Virus record (IMG/VR): IMGVR_UViG_3300048793_000013
Span: 1-57,892 of that record
Source of the DNA: a virus
Taxonomy: Duplodnaviria; Caudoviricetes
Length of the DNA stretch: 57,892 nucleotides
Reading direction: 5' to 3' (one strand)
Under the pieces are notes generated by a model. That model did not search any database. It was not told the origin of the DNA and saw only the letters and a list, made by a program, of their open reading frames with translations. This document shows positions 37,501 to 45,302 of the stretch, piece by piece (positions within the stretch are counted from its first letter, which is position 1; every line of letters begins with the position of its first letter). Both the position numbers and the translations under genes were made by a program.

Positions 37501-40411
37501 CAGCAACATGGGCGATATCAACCGTATAGCCTGCCGCCTTCAGATTTTCGATTGACTTGCGTATTGTTTCGGCGTTGTGGCCCACCTTTGGCAGGATAAG
37601 ATTTGCACCTTCTATGCCGAGGTTGAAGAACACATCTTTGGCGAGTTCGGAGCTTTCCTCATGAACGGCTTGCGTTCCTACTCCGTTCTCGTATTCAGGG
37701 ATTACTTTCTTGGCTTCATCAGCGTCAACCAAAGCTGCTTTGTATCGACGGGCCAGTGGTTCGGAGATGGACGATTTGCCAGAGGCTGGAGGGCCGAGGA
37801 CAATGATGGCGTGACGGCCATTTTCGACCGGCCCCTTTGCAAAATCTTTAGCCTGTTCGGTCAACCGTTGAACGGCATCATCCCAGCCGTGAACTTTTTC
37901 GCCATTAAAGTTATAAACACGGGCATCGCGCCAGTCCGGATCGGCGAATTGCTCGGGCGAGCCAGTAGGAACACGGCTTCTATCGATTGCTACTTGACCC
38001 TGAACGTATGGGTGTTGTTCCAGTTCATCGAGCGGTGCCCCGCTGTCCAATGCGGCCTGTAGGCTTTCCCGATTGCCAGTCTGCGGTAGAGCGCCGGTCG
38101 GCCCGCGTGTCGGTATTGGAGGTGGCGTCGTTCCATTGTCTTGGTACAGACTACGAAGCGCAGCATCGCCTTCCGGCCCCTGCATCGTCCAAATACGAGC
38201 GGCCTCACCACGGATGCGATCATAAAGAGCTTTCTGCCCATCTTTTCGCTTTGCCAATTCCCGGCCGGCAAGTTTTAGTGCTCCTTTGGCAACGGTTCTC
38301 CACGGATGAGAAATTAGACCATGAGCGGTGCCGACAATGCCAGGACCAGTCTCAATGAGCGATCCAAGCGTATCCTCTTCGGGCGGCAACCAATGCTTGC
38401 TGTAGAGCCTGCGGGCTTGCGTCTCGCTATTGTCAACCAGCCGGTTCATGGAATTGTGCATACGGCGTTCGGCTTCTAGAGCCTTGAAGTAGCCATTTGC
38501 CTTTTCCTCACCAAGCAGTGCAGCGAGTTTTGCCCTGTTTGCGTCCGTCAATGCCTTCCCGAGCATTGTGAGTTCGCCGCCACGAGCACGATCGAGAACA
38601 CGGTTGAAATGCTTGGCCACACCTTGAATGGCAGCTTGCTTTTCTGGTTCGCCCATCCTTTCCAAAAGGTGAGGTATTTCAGATTCATCAAGCGTCGCGG
38701 ACAACAGCTTATCGCGGCCGAATTCATACGCCTTCATCACGCGCGTAATAGGTGCCCATTTCTCTCTTGCATCCCTCCATACACCACGAACGGCAGGATC
38801 AGGGTGGTTGTCGATCTCGTTTAGAAGGGCGTTTTTGAGCGTAAGCAGATGGCGGGCATTGTTCTTGTTACCGCTCCTAAATGCAGCGTCAATCTTGTCG
38901 TCAAGAGCTTCTTTTGCCAACTGGAACGCGCGTGCTGTTGGGATACGGTTTTCTTTGCCAAGTTCATCCTCAAAGCCCTCATCTATGGGCTTTCCCATGT
39001 TCTTAAGCTGACGATTAGCCTTGGCAGTCGCCGCCTTCATATCGGGGCGGGTGAGAATTTCCTTGAGTGCCTCAGTTGGTGCAATGCGTGTATCTTCAAA
39101 CGTCTTCCAAAAAGGAGCCGACTCATTCTTTCTGGCTTGCTTTTGCATACGAAGCCAGCCGGCCTCATTGACTTGCGGCCCAAGGTACTCGCTATTGATG
39201 TTCTGAATACGCTCTTTCTCTTCGGCACGGCGCTGTCTGTAGGATTGTCTGATTTCGGTGCTTGGCTGGCCTGGAGTGACCGCTATGCCGGCAGCATGAC
39301 GTTGCGTATCCTCATTCAGATCGGCATTGAATTCATGCCGAGACTTGTTCTCCGTAGCGGCCTCAAGTTCGTCGAGGCTACCAAAGTTATCCCTCAGAAT
39401 GTCGCCAACCATCTTCTTGGTTTCTGGCAACATTTCATCCAGCGCGCTCTGTGCCCGAGCAGCACCAACGCTATCATGGACGGGATCAGCTTCACCAAAA
39501 TGAGGGACTTCCGGCGATACAAGCCTTACGTTAGGATCAACCTTGTCGCGCCCGAAGGCAAATGGCGGAACCTCTGCCTCTCCCGGCTGTGCCGCCGCAA
39601 TCTTTTGTTCGTCCAGCAACTGTGAGAAATCTTGTGCGGGAGGCTGCGGCGCTTCCGGCTGTGCCGCAGCCTTTGCCTTATCTCCGCGTATTGATTGTTC
39701 ATGCGCTAGTCTTGCCTCAACCGCGTTCCTTGATAAATTGCCTGCCGCACTAGCGATTGGATGACCGGCCAACATACCGGCGAACCCTGCCACCTCTTCA
39801 TAGCCTGTCCCTTCAGCGGCTTTTTCAGCCGCAAATGCGCCAGTTGCAGGGGCAACGGCTCGCGTTAATAATCTTGTGGCGATGCTGCCGGGACCACCCA
39901 CGACAAATGGTAGGAATCCGCCAAGTTCCTGTAGATATTCATCGCTAGCAACAGGGGTACCGTCAGGATTGCGGCGCACTTCTGGGAGAGGCCCGGAGAC
40001 GTTTTGCTCAAACGGCTTAATGAAATCTTCCGGCTTGGGAAGCGATCTAATGCCGGGTGGTAGTGCACCATGCTCTTGTTGCAGTCTTTGATATTCGGCA
40101 AATTGTTCTGGCGATAGGGCTTTACCTGCGCCCCAATCCATAGCCCGGCCGGCAGCATCAGTCAGATATCCAGGTATTCCAGGAAGGCCAACGGTACCCT
40201 TGACAAGACCAGAACCAAGCTGCTTGGCCTTTTCGTAAGCCTCATTACTGGCAGCGTTAACCACATCGCCCACACCGAAGGCATTGCCATAGGTGCGATC
40301 TGGTTGAGGTTGTGGCTTGTCAGCCAAGAATGCATCAGGGTCAAACCCGCCACCTCCGCCGCCAGATGGCGACGTGTCATTCAGGAAGGCGTCGGGATCG
40401 AAATCAGCCAC
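28535..40411 (-). CDS. darB: giant DarB-like polyvalent virion protein (zeta-toxin kinase, ddrB-like ParB, nucleotidyltransferase, N6-adenine methyltransferase, SNF2 helicase, pyrophosphatase-like)
   Basis: GPPASGKS/VDAD; QPRQR..GAPIV..SGNGR; GGSL..DMD; EPSAGIG/SNVPF; AVGSGKT/DEAH/ATGTP/QRDGRIIRQG; EAGNYRK..YGY..GAD.D.VD..DEHK. Confidence 0.9.
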   Translation of the reverse strand: MADFDPDAFLNDTSPSGGGGGGFDPDAFLADKPQPQPDRTYGNAFGVGDVVNAASNEAYEKAKQLGSGLVKGTVGLPGIPGYLTDAAGRAMDWGAGKALSPEQFAEYQRLQQEHGALPPGIRSLPKPEDFIKPFEQNVSGPLPEVRRNPDGTPVASDEYLQELGGFLPFVVGGPGSIATRLLTRAVAPATGAFAAEKAAEGTGYEEVAGFAGMLAGHPIASAAGNLSRNAVEARLAHEQSIRGDKAKAAAQPEAPQPPAQDFSQLLDEQKIAAAQPGEAEVPPFAFGRDKVDPNVRLVSPEVPHFGEADPVHDSVGAARAQSALDEMLPETKKMVGDILRDNFGSLDELEAATENKSRHEFNADLNEDTQRHAAGIAVTPGQPSTEIRQSYRQRRAEEKERIQNINSEYLGPQVNEAGWLRMQKQARKNESAPFWKTFEDTRIAPTEALKEILTRPDMKAATAKANRQLKNMGKPIDEGFEDELGKENRIPTARAFQLAKEALDDKIDAAFRSGNKNNARHLLTLKNALLNEIDNHPDPAVRGVWRDAREKWAPITRVMKAYEFGRDKLLSATLDESEIPHLLERMGEPEKQAAIQGVAKHFNRVLDRARGGELTMLGKALTDANRAKLAALLGEEKANGYFKALEAERRMHNSMNRLVDNSETQARRLYSKHWLPPEEDTLGSLIETGPGIVGTAHGLISHPWRTVAKGALKLAGRELAKRKDGQKALYDRIRGEAARIWTMQGPEGDAALRSLYQDNGTTPPPIPTRGPTGALPQTGNRESLQAALDSGAPLDELEQHPYVQGQVAIDRSRVPTGSPEQFADPDWRDARVYNFNGEKVHGWDDAVQRLTEQAKDFAKGPVENGRHAIIVLGPPASGKSSISEPLARRYKAALVDADEAKKVIPEYENGVGTQAVHEESSELAKDVFFNLGIEGANLILPKVGHNAETIRKSIENLKAAGYTVDIAHVAATPEISGRRNIKRFLDTGRLVDPNYIKEVGDKPRQTAYTLRGEANDFLDADTSERPTRIIEGNGQLADHISAEIADASRNGRDVQPALRGGDSEAGGNGQGQEPSPFAAAQGLIGAEPSNLRPHRVSTADGTAIDVAPVVVEASSLKTSQDAGYDKALQPRQRSRAASQAQVRDIASNLDPERLGYSAEADRGAPIVGPDGMVESGNGRVLALRNVYGEGGAKVQEYREWLARQGVDVSQYRNPVLVRQRITPMSPQERQAFTAGANQASTLAMSATERARGDAKLIDDKTLNLLHNPNDIGANRDFVRRFVQELPQAEQGALMDASGQLSAEGATRLRNAVFAKAYGDVGVIARIAESTDDEIRSISNALATVAPKWARLRADVEAGRVRPDMDATPDLMEAVKRTAKIRGEGTKLDTYLAQSDAFNKIPDTVEGFMRAFYAPELDMRGNRRALGSKRISDALGFYADEARKVTAEPGLDLGLAPVERRDIQKIARDKGWEGYGEEVPDRNGPGNGEGVPAGGDQIRRSGVGEGREGLEAAGGEGDQGKIFRAAGPKVPVKLRPEEPDAGKLISTANKVAGEWQDKLGPDIKVVMGGSLVSRTYARVRPNEPIDMDIRFLTKNPERDYPKVETVTGLKLRKTRPVDDYPSGSSKGFLVEGPFTRDGITFDVEAAVRTPSYVGWARFYPKVLTADELSAFRGDKASLRGNKEEYKALKGRMLKEVMRRVDEAGGPERVEKQGADQLRREVASRDVRGRPLRTEPLPIGNEQAILEAGARRAAESARPGEEQPPLMQAKKRTAAGQEDLFGGPKDVLGEGLRGNAPQVPGGRQPANAGAATPVRRPEQLSLFGGGGSRGEVGEPHAPIPQHPGGPETPTPGKSESVTKPPDGGGRTGEGGTDKPAPPAVIRGRRDAELKIAERSRSNYRITDEDLVGEGGAKQKVRGNIEAIKVLKQIEDENRDATPEEKAKLVKYTGWGAHAQDMFKGDYRKQWEAERGQLKALLTDEEYDSARASTPNAHYTSPDVVRGMWDAMDHLGYEGGMAIEPSAGIGHFIGLIPDKWTPKTAWTAVELDSVTGRIAKKLYGGAEVNVHGFEDLKRPANHYDLAISNVPFGNYPVEEKPYGSHSIHNFFFIKALDKVRPGGIVSFITSSHTMDAPTHANVRRLLANTSDLVGAIRLPGGSKGAFASNAGTQVTTDIIFLRKKVPGEQPFNGVKWTDLKTIQTPEGPTKINEYFSDRPQMMLGEMRLQGTQHRANEPVLIGDPDGMQQKIAEAARNDMPAGAMLVRDTPPPPPIHSNEIGAGIKDGAFFLKDGKLYQRREGQGHEHDIGTIEASRVKKLIGIRDTYNDLMRAQIDGVGDKDALRADLRKKYDNFVDLYGPINKEEKTVTSRLNKAGENVVLVRHPNFKAFRNDPDSWKVSSIENYDSETGKTKLADIFTKDVIRPPMERQINGPSDALAASLNDKGGVDLDHIAQSLGVDSHEAAISALGDTVFQNPDGRAWETASRYLSGNVIKKLEDARSIAANDPSYLRNVAALEKVQPTPLVGPEITAQFGAPWVPEAVYEDFLKEIGGGGIKVVKVPVTGDWRVKASYFDGDARAKYGTKEVGVDEIAESAMNGRPITVRDPPDRDGHRAVNTTKTEEARVKTELLKEAFTGDPEKGIEGWVWQDPERSQLLEGIYNRLHNDLVGENHDGSHLTLPGLNPDFAGRKHRLDVVWRIIQKGNTLMAHAVGSGKTVSMIASGMEQKRLGLINKPAYVVPNHMLEQFSREFIQAYPDAKILVAEKDEMTRDNRKKFLAKVASNDWDGVIFTHDAFGRINMQRDFREKFIRDQMDELERVQKAEEQEGGKNSPTVKAMEKRKKTFRKKLDKLMNEERKDEGTTFEESGIDFMYVDEAHKYKNLDFITRFDRVKGLAQNASQRAEDLFLKTRYLEQNRPGRSAVFATGTPISNTMAEMWTMQRYLQYDKLKERGLETFDAWANTFGKVATNTELSQDGRTFKDVASFSRFVNIPELISLYSEIADTKTAAMLKLPAPEAKTHIVNAKLSSAEENFVQGVIKSLELLKGVRPEKGAPMAASVGTAARKVATDGRLIGNNVSDQYALSNMPNPGTLADFDFNPQGKVAKAVGNIHKIWENGKEPGTVQMVFLDMGTPKNARKGKAKSAEEGGDEEGASDFSVYDDLKQRLVAKGIPSHEIAFIHDATDDIKKAKLFKKVRDGDIRVLMGSTEKMGVGTNVQDRLIAMHHLDAPWKPAEVEQRDGRIIRQGNLNSNVDIYRYVTEKSFDAFMWQTLERKAGFLNQVMSGAKGSRWAEDIDNPLPDAAQMKAAASGDPRILEHAELDRNVRMLTSQKRVYDQTKSRAFGEGNAAKSRIEQYETALPGAKEDAGRVTDTSGKKFAVDLDGKTITERKAAGDEILDRLKTFGGGQKFYTPKVVNVGRMSGFDMNIQLRHVWDGDGTSLEATPSLVGNSRYAAVNQTVINEHTDPAGLIRRFENILGNIKDNPTRLEKELANERKSVERLEKTLTTAWPKEKEYQESLKKLDEFTKAIKAPKHPDVHSAEVKAKQSEPVAPITEPKEMRGARLYKPLGEQAPAAKPSPSAQTSESKPQEATAPKVDDEAWWDNELTSAGRLHYLDKIDRRNIPGKVKWRYLSDSAKDRLREARPEERARGGRVMAHYIDSNPTEAQKEAGNYRKAHINVHGLDIAIENAKGHERSGIGPDDKRWSVTMPAAYGYLKRTTGADQDCVDCYVGPHRASRKVFVIDQLNAETGKYDEHKCMLAFGSAAQAKAVYLKGFSDGKGGKRLGHMVEMSIDDFKDWLANGDTTKPLKDSDHDWPVINHTYDVNVISELSKAGDIFYYDKSLPRRIMNNGKPLDPVQPLLRHEVAEYKAMKEALAAFKTKYGREPSGKERVVIYKTAHKDHGNIAERQWLTEHDYDISQWNAWCRSALASVEKKAAPNAPSNPDVKPIPHERGNLEVTLGA
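34750..35061 (-). CDS. nested TnpV-like protein in the +1 frame of the giant gene
   Basis: YAEMHRKFLEDANPQMLAQLRQSGDLNNYL..VGEEAEERL...VRALQNRRMEVDELVREELI follows the TnpV pattern; GGAGG SD 8 nt upstream. Confidence 0.7.
   Translation of the reverse strand: MYSAKDYAEMHRKFLEDANPQMLAQLRQSGDLNNYLSSVGEEAEERLASLMHQYLNTPEVQKLPHLEKVRALQNRRMEVDELVREELINQPLPPSSEDEETQN
35818..35991 (-). CDS. nested 57-aa helical protein in the +1 frame of the giant gene
   Basis: MEKRFPTAMALVMARAFQRVATKYGDPGLAKAAKDLKQRAEKAIKAK...; AAGGATGGGAAGG upstream. Confidence 0.5.
   Translation of the reverse strand: MEKRFPTAMALVMARAFQRVATKYGDPGLAKAAKDLKQRAEKAIKAKSSVLLDQKSQ
37162..37314 (-). CDS. nested 50-aa protein in the +1 frame, directly after the zeta-toxin domain
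   Basis: MANLPTTSVRKSPTPAEMDEMSSRHFEEATAKLAAMVKAKNHPPSPPPKG; GAGGATAATTGAGGGAA upstream. Confidence 0.45.
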   Translation of the reverse strand: MANLPTTSVRKSPTPAEMDEMSSRHFEEATAKLAAMVKAKNHPPSPPPKG

Positions 40412-40414
40412 GGG

Positions 40415-43400
40415 TTATTGTACTCCAAGCTTCTGTTTGATCGCGGCGGCGCGAGGATCATTCGGGTTAGCGTTAGCCCAAGCCAAGGCTTTCTGGTTCT
40501 CTGCGCTTTGTGCCACCGGGGCGGCGGCAGGAGTTGGGGCAGATGTTGGCGCAGTCGTGCCACCCGGCGCACCGGTAGCGCGTTCGGCACGTACCGAATC
40601 ACGTTCACGAGCAATCTGTTTTTGAAGTTGCATGACGGCACGCTTGTATGTCTCCGGGCTATCTGCCGTGCTAAGGAACCCAAGCGCCTTATCACGATCA
40701 GATTCACGCATGACACCGGTCGGGTTCATGGCGCGAGCCCAATGTTCAGCAAGCTGCAAGTTAGCCATACCGAATTCTTTCAGTTCAGGGTTGCTAGCAA
40801 TAATCTCTCCCTTCTGAATGATCTGGTTGATAGGTACCCAGCCGGTGCGCCATACTTTCTCTGAAGCCTCAATTGCGGCCGGAATAGCTGCATCCGTTGC
40901 ACGCAAGATCAGGTTCAGGTTGGCCTCACGATTGCCGCCAGTACGGGCTTCAGCGCCGAGACCAACACCCGTTGCCTTGTACTGTTGCTGAAGATGTGAC
41001 CGTTGTTCAGGGGAAATGCCAGCTTCTAAATCTTGGCGGGTAGCCTCTTCTCTGATCTTCTGCATCAAAGCAGGATCACGGCCGGCTTGACCAAGAGCGG
41101 ACGGACCCATGATGTTATACATGGAAGCAGTACGCTTGATTGTGTCTGGATCATATCCACTTTCACCAGACCGAGCGTCCATGCGGACAATAGCCAATGC
41201 CTTGACGTGCTCAGGATCAGCCGGGCCACCTGAAATTGGTTCAAGTTGGCCTTGGGCATTCAGTCGATAGCCGCTAGGAACACCAAGTTTGGCCATCTGG
41301 ATATCGTGTTGCCTCTTGGATTCATCCAATGTTCCAGTATGCTGACGGGTTGATTCAGCAAGCGTCGCCTGTGCTTGATCGGCGTGTTGCGCCAACTTCT
41401 TCACCTCAAGGTCAATCTGAGACTGCTTCATCTTCTGACCTTGTTCGAATTCATTGGCGTGCGTGTAGGTGCTCATCCCCTGTAAGCCACCTTCGCCGAC
41501 TGCCACGCCAGCAAATGGCGACCGAGATGCCATCATGCCAAACCCGGCCGACATTAGAGCGGGCCATAGCTTGGAGTTGGGCGACCAATCGATACCGCTG
41601 TTTGATGGTGGGGCAACGCCACGAGCGGCGGGGATATCAGATGTCCCTGGAATCCTGTAATCAGCTAGGGATGCGTTGGGCGGAACGGTGGAGTCTCCGT
41701 CTGGATTGCGCACCACGCCGTTGTTATTTGGCGCACCCTCACCCTTGGCGAGTTGGATGTGCCCTTGATCGATTTGACCAGCGTGGCCAGGAAGGAATTG
41801 CAAGCCGTATTTTTCGGCGTTGGTGCGACCATCATCGGAAGTCTTACGCAACCAATCGCGAACGGGACCACTCGATAGGTCTGCGGCTTCCCCGTATTGA
41901 TGGCGTGATTGTCCGGGAGGCGCGGCAAGGCCACCCTGGCCGGTCAAGTAATTATGGTAGGCTTGCGCTTGTTCCTCTTTGGTGCGGCCATAATCTAGCA
42001 CCTTAGCCGTGTGTCCTGTTGCCTCTTCCCCCGCCCGAATAGCGGCTTGGAGGCGATCGGCAAAGTTAGGGTTAAGATCGCCAGCGCGCCCAACTGCACG
42101 GCCGGTAGCGCGATCATGGAGAAAGTCTACCGTGTTGCTAGGGGCACCTACGCCAGCAGAAGGACCACCTGGAGGGGTAGCCACATTTATCGCGGGAGAT
42201 AGTGGAGGTGCAGAGGCTTCCGGTGCTCCCCACGCACCCGCAACGCCGTTGACAGGATCAATGCCCTTCGTCAACGGCATATCCCCGCCGCTAGGCGTTA
42301 TGCCAGGAGCGATACCAGACATCCAGGGTGGAGCGGACGATTGCCCGGTCGGTCCAGGCAGCGCAGCATCAACAGAAGCGTTTGTGGACGGCCCAAGCCC
42401 AACTACATCATTCGGTAGCGTCATGGCGTACCGATCGTTAGGATTACCCTTAAACGATCTATCGAACGTTGTTGGCGATCTACCAGACCAATTTGATATT
42501 TCCGTCCCTGATGGTGCAATGCCAGCCGTGGAAGTCGGCATATCTGGGTTAGGTCTGCGAATCGGTGTTGGCATTGGTCCGCCACCGAGTAGGACGTTCG
42601 GTAATGCGGGGCGTTGAGTTAGTGAATCTCCAATGTCAGGGAGGCTATCGTCACCAAAGTCCTGCACGGGCGGATAATAAGCCACCCCGCCGCCGTCATC
42701 GTATCCACGTGGCATCACGATCGTATTGTGCATCGGCAGGTTTGCCACACCACCGGACGCATACCCTCCAATGCGCCCACCACGATACGCACCATCTACA
42801 CCGAATGTCGGCGTTGGAATTGCATTACCGCTGGTATCATAGTTCAGGCCGGTAACGTTCGTGGCTCCCGGAACGATCGGATTTACGCCAGACGATTGTT
42901 GTGGTGCGCCATTGATGATCTTTGCCAGCGAGCCGATCTGTTGTGCCTGTTTGGCGAGATCAGGCTGTACCGGTGCACCGGGAGGCTTCGGCATATTGTT
43001 GCCATGCGCGAGGCCCATGGTCGGCACGAAGCCATTGCCGCCCGCATACGGCATAGGACCGGCACCATACGGGGCACCGGCTACACCCCCGCCGGTATCG
43101 TAATGAGAGACACGGCCACCCCATGCTCTCTTGCGACGATGTGCTAGAACATCGCGAATGTCTTCAACCCCAACACTATTGCCGGGAGATTTTGTGCGAT
43201 GCATGGCGGCAATCTGATGATGCGCCGTCATATGTGTTCCAGCCGCCGCGCGTACTTCTGTCCCGTCCGGTTGACGTTCAACTACAGCAAGAGGATGCTC
43301 CCCGCGATGATAGCGCGCAAGTACCTCATGTTTTGAAATAGGTCCCAGGTCAAGCAATTCATTCTCATGACCTTGGCCGGAAAGATGCTTAATACGTTCG

Positions 43401-44506
43401 GCATCAATTTCTTTGGGATTGTAATGGAAAACACCTCCACCAACTTTAACGCGTCCCATCCCATGCGGTACACTTAATTCTTGAGTGCCGTTCGGGAACA
43501 TTTGAACGCGACGGTGGCCGGCAATAAGCTGACGTTGTTGCGCGATAAGCGTATCGTGACTTTCTGGAACTGTGTTGTCGTCTGGGGCAACACCATGGCT
43601 TACCGCCGCCCCACCGCTCGCCAATCCCATTAGAGCGGGCGCCAGCCAACCTGCCGTACCAAAAGCACCTGTTCCACCAAGAGTTCCAACGGCAGCGGTA
43701 CCAAGACCTGCGATTTGTCCCAGTTGGTTAGGCGGCGGGGCCGTCGTGGTGGACGTACCACCCATTTGACTACCAAGCCCTGAATCTATACCTGCCAGCC
43801 ATTGACTTTGCTGATACGGGAAAGCCTGTTGGTTGATAAACTGCTGGTACGCGGCGGCGAGTTGCGCTTGCTGGGTTTGCTGTTCGAGAGAACCAGCGCC
43901 TACCTGTGCATTGGCACCCGTCAGCGCGGCGTTTTGTCCAGACACCCCGAGATTGCCGAGCGAATAGGCGCCAGCCGCTTGTGCTTGTTGCTCCGTCAGC
44001 GCGGTATTAAGGCCAGTCTGATAGCCCTGGTTTTCCAGGCCGGCGATTACAGGAGCTTGGGCAAGCTGTTGCTGGTTAGCCAAATTGGCTTGCGTGATGC
44101 CAACCCGGTTGCCGCCGAGCGCGCCTTGGGCCGCAGCATTGCTGAGGACGCCCTGTTGCTGTTGGGCATTCTGGTTATTGAATTGATTCTGCGTCGCATC
44201 GACAACGGCTTGCGTGTAGGGCGACTCGTATCCCTGAATCTGTGCCGCAGTGATAGGGCTGGCCGCCGCAGTAGCCATGCCGGTGGCTTGCTGGATGTAC
44301 GGCTGTGCAAACCCGGCGTTTTGGTTGATGTTGGCAATGCCGCTTTCTTGTTGAGGATTGACCCCGGCGACAAGTTGACCAGTATACGGCTGGTACGGCG
44401 TCGAGGCGACACCGGACGCACGGCTCATCAAGGCATAGTAGTTCGCTAGGGCGTCTGGGTTGGGGGTTGTGGTTTGCGTGGTCGTGTTCGAGCCCTTGCT
44501 GCCCAA
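40415..44506 (-). CDS. internal virion/ejection protein with an M15 peptidase (peptidoglycan hydrolase) domain
   Basis: MGSKGSNTTTQT and Q/A-rich N-terminus; GRTKEEQ..AAPPGQSRHQYGEAAD..KYGL..HIQL. Confidence 0.8.
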   Translation of the reverse strand: MGSKGSNTTTQTTTPNPDALANYYALMSRASGVASTPYQPYTGQLVAGVNPQQESGIANINQNAGFAQPYIQQATGMATAAASPITAAQIQGYESPYTQAVVDATQNQFNNQNAQQQQGVLSNAAAQGALGGNRVGITQANLANQQQLAQAPVIAGLENQGYQTGLNTALTEQQAQAAGAYSLGNLGVSGQNAALTGANAQVGAGSLEQQTQQAQLAAAYQQFINQQAFPYQQSQWLAGIDSGLGSQMGGTSTTTAPPPNQLGQIAGLGTAAVGTLGGTGAFGTAGWLAPALMGLASGGAAVSHGVAPDDNTVPESHDTLIAQQRQLIAGHRRVQMFPNGTQELSVPHGMGRVKVGGGVFHYNPKEIDAERIKHLSGQGHENELLDLGPISKHEVLARYHRGEHPLAVVERQPDGTEVRAAAGTHMTAHHQIAAMHRTKSPGNSVGVEDIRDVLAHRRKRAWGGRVSHYDTGGGVAGAPYGAGPMPYAGGNGFVPTMGLAHGNNMPKPPGAPVQPDLAKQAQQIGSLAKIINGAPQQSSGVNPIVPGATNVTGLNYDTSGNAIPTPTFGVDGAYRGGRIGGYASGGVANLPMHNTIVMPRGYDDGGGVAYYPPVQDFGDDSLPDIGDSLTQRPALPNVLLGGGPMPTPIRRPNPDMPTSTAGIAPSGTEISNWSGRSPTTFDRSFKGNPNDRYAMTLPNDVVGLGPSTNASVDAALPGPTGQSSAPPWMSGIAPGITPSGGDMPLTKGIDPVNGVAGAWGAPEASAPPLSPAINVATPPGGPSAGVGAPSNTVDFLHDRATGRAVGRAGDLNPNFADRLQAAIRAGEEATGHTAKVLDYGRTKEEQAQAYHNYLTGQGGLAAPPGQSRHQYGEAADLSSGPVRDWLRKTSDDGRTNAEKYGLQFLPGHAGQIDQGHIQLAKGEGAPNNNGVVRNPDGDSTVPPNASLADYRIPGTSDIPAARGVAPPSNSGIDWSPNSKLWPALMSAGFGMMASRSPFAGVAVGEGGLQGMSTYTHANEFEQGQKMKQSQIDLEVKKLAQHADQAQATLAESTRQHTGTLDESKRQHDIQMAKLGVPSGYRLNAQGQLEPISGGPADPEHVKALAIVRMDARSGESGYDPDTIKRTASMYNIMGPSALGQAGRDPALMQKIREEATRQDLEAGISPEQRSHLQQQYKATGVGLGAEARTGGNREANLNLILRATDAAIPAAIEASEKVWRTGWVPINQIIQKGEIIASNPELKEFGMANLQLAEHWARAMNPTGVMRESDRDKALGFLSTADSPETYKRAVMQLQKQIARERDSVRAERATGAPGGTTAPTSAPTPAAAPVAQSAENQKALAWANANPNDPRAAAIKQKLGVQ

Positions 44507-44517
44507 CTCAATTACTC

Positions 44518-44997
44518 CTAGGCAACGGCGTGATCCTTACCGTTAGCCCTGTAAAAGAAAAAGTTTCCAATCGGCTTCTGAAACTGTCTTTGATATAGAC
44601 GAACTTTACTCTCCGTCCGCTCGTTGGAAATCACCCCGATCAGCAAAGGGTAGCCCGTCTCATTCGAACACCACTTGGCGAACTTCATGAGTTCGATTGC
44701 GTTTCCGGATCGTCGATATGCTGGGACCACGTAAGCTAGAATCTCTTCAAAATGAGGATCATCGGAGTACCAGAAGGTGGACAACAATAGGAAAATCATG
44801 GCTTGAATCTTACCAGGATCACCAATAACCCCCATCACCGCGCACTGACGATTGAACGCGCGGTGCAGCATGGCGCAAACTTTATCCTCATTGATCTTGA
44901 AAAGGCCGTTCTCGGCATAGAGTTGACGGCATAGTGCCATCAACTCTTCCTCATCTTTTTTTTCTACAATCCGAACGGAGCCAGGGTATCCGGCCAT
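44518..44997 (-). CDS. GNAT-fold protein (internal virion protein A-like)
   Basis: YVVPAYRRSGNAIELM...RLYQR; typical position before ejection proteins. Confidence 0.7.
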   Translation of the reverse strand: MAGYPGSVRIVEKKDEEELMALCRQLYAENGLFKINEDKVCAMLHRAFNRQCAVMGVIGDPGKIQAMIFLLLSTFWYSDDPHFEEILAYVVPAYRRSGNAIELMKFAKWCSNETGYPLLIGVISNERTESKVRLYQRQFQKPIGNFFFYRANGKDHAVA

Positions 44998-45302
44998 CAG
45001 TTCAGGCTCTCCCGCGCATCGCCATTGGCAGCAACGCCGGTATGGGCTTCGGCCTTGTCGATCATGGTAAGTAGATCATCGAGACAATCTCGCAATTGCT
45101 TGGCGCACATCTTATCCATTCGGAGCCGACATGCTGGCACAAGATCGGTATTGATTTTCCCCTCACTCTCCCGGTCAAAGTTCAAAACGCCGAGTTGAAC
45201 ATTGACGACGTTGTTCAAGATGCCGCGTCCAGTTACGGCGTTGACGAACGTAACACCGACTTGATCTGTGGGTTTCATGTGGTTAGTCCCCTGAGTTGTC
45301 AT
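44997..45302 (-). CDS. hypothetical protein
   Basis: coupled ORF, FVNAV...RLRMD. Confidence 0.6.
   Translation of the reverse strand: MTTQGTNHMKPTDQVGVTFVNAVTGRGILNNVVNVQLGVLNFDRESEGKINTDLVPACRLRMDKMCAKQLRDCLDDLLTMIDKAEAHTGVAANGDARESLN

Noticed and set aside
37990-38271. additional nested ORF in the giant gene
   Set aside because: Arg/His-rich off-frame composition and it overlaps non-linker main-frame sequence
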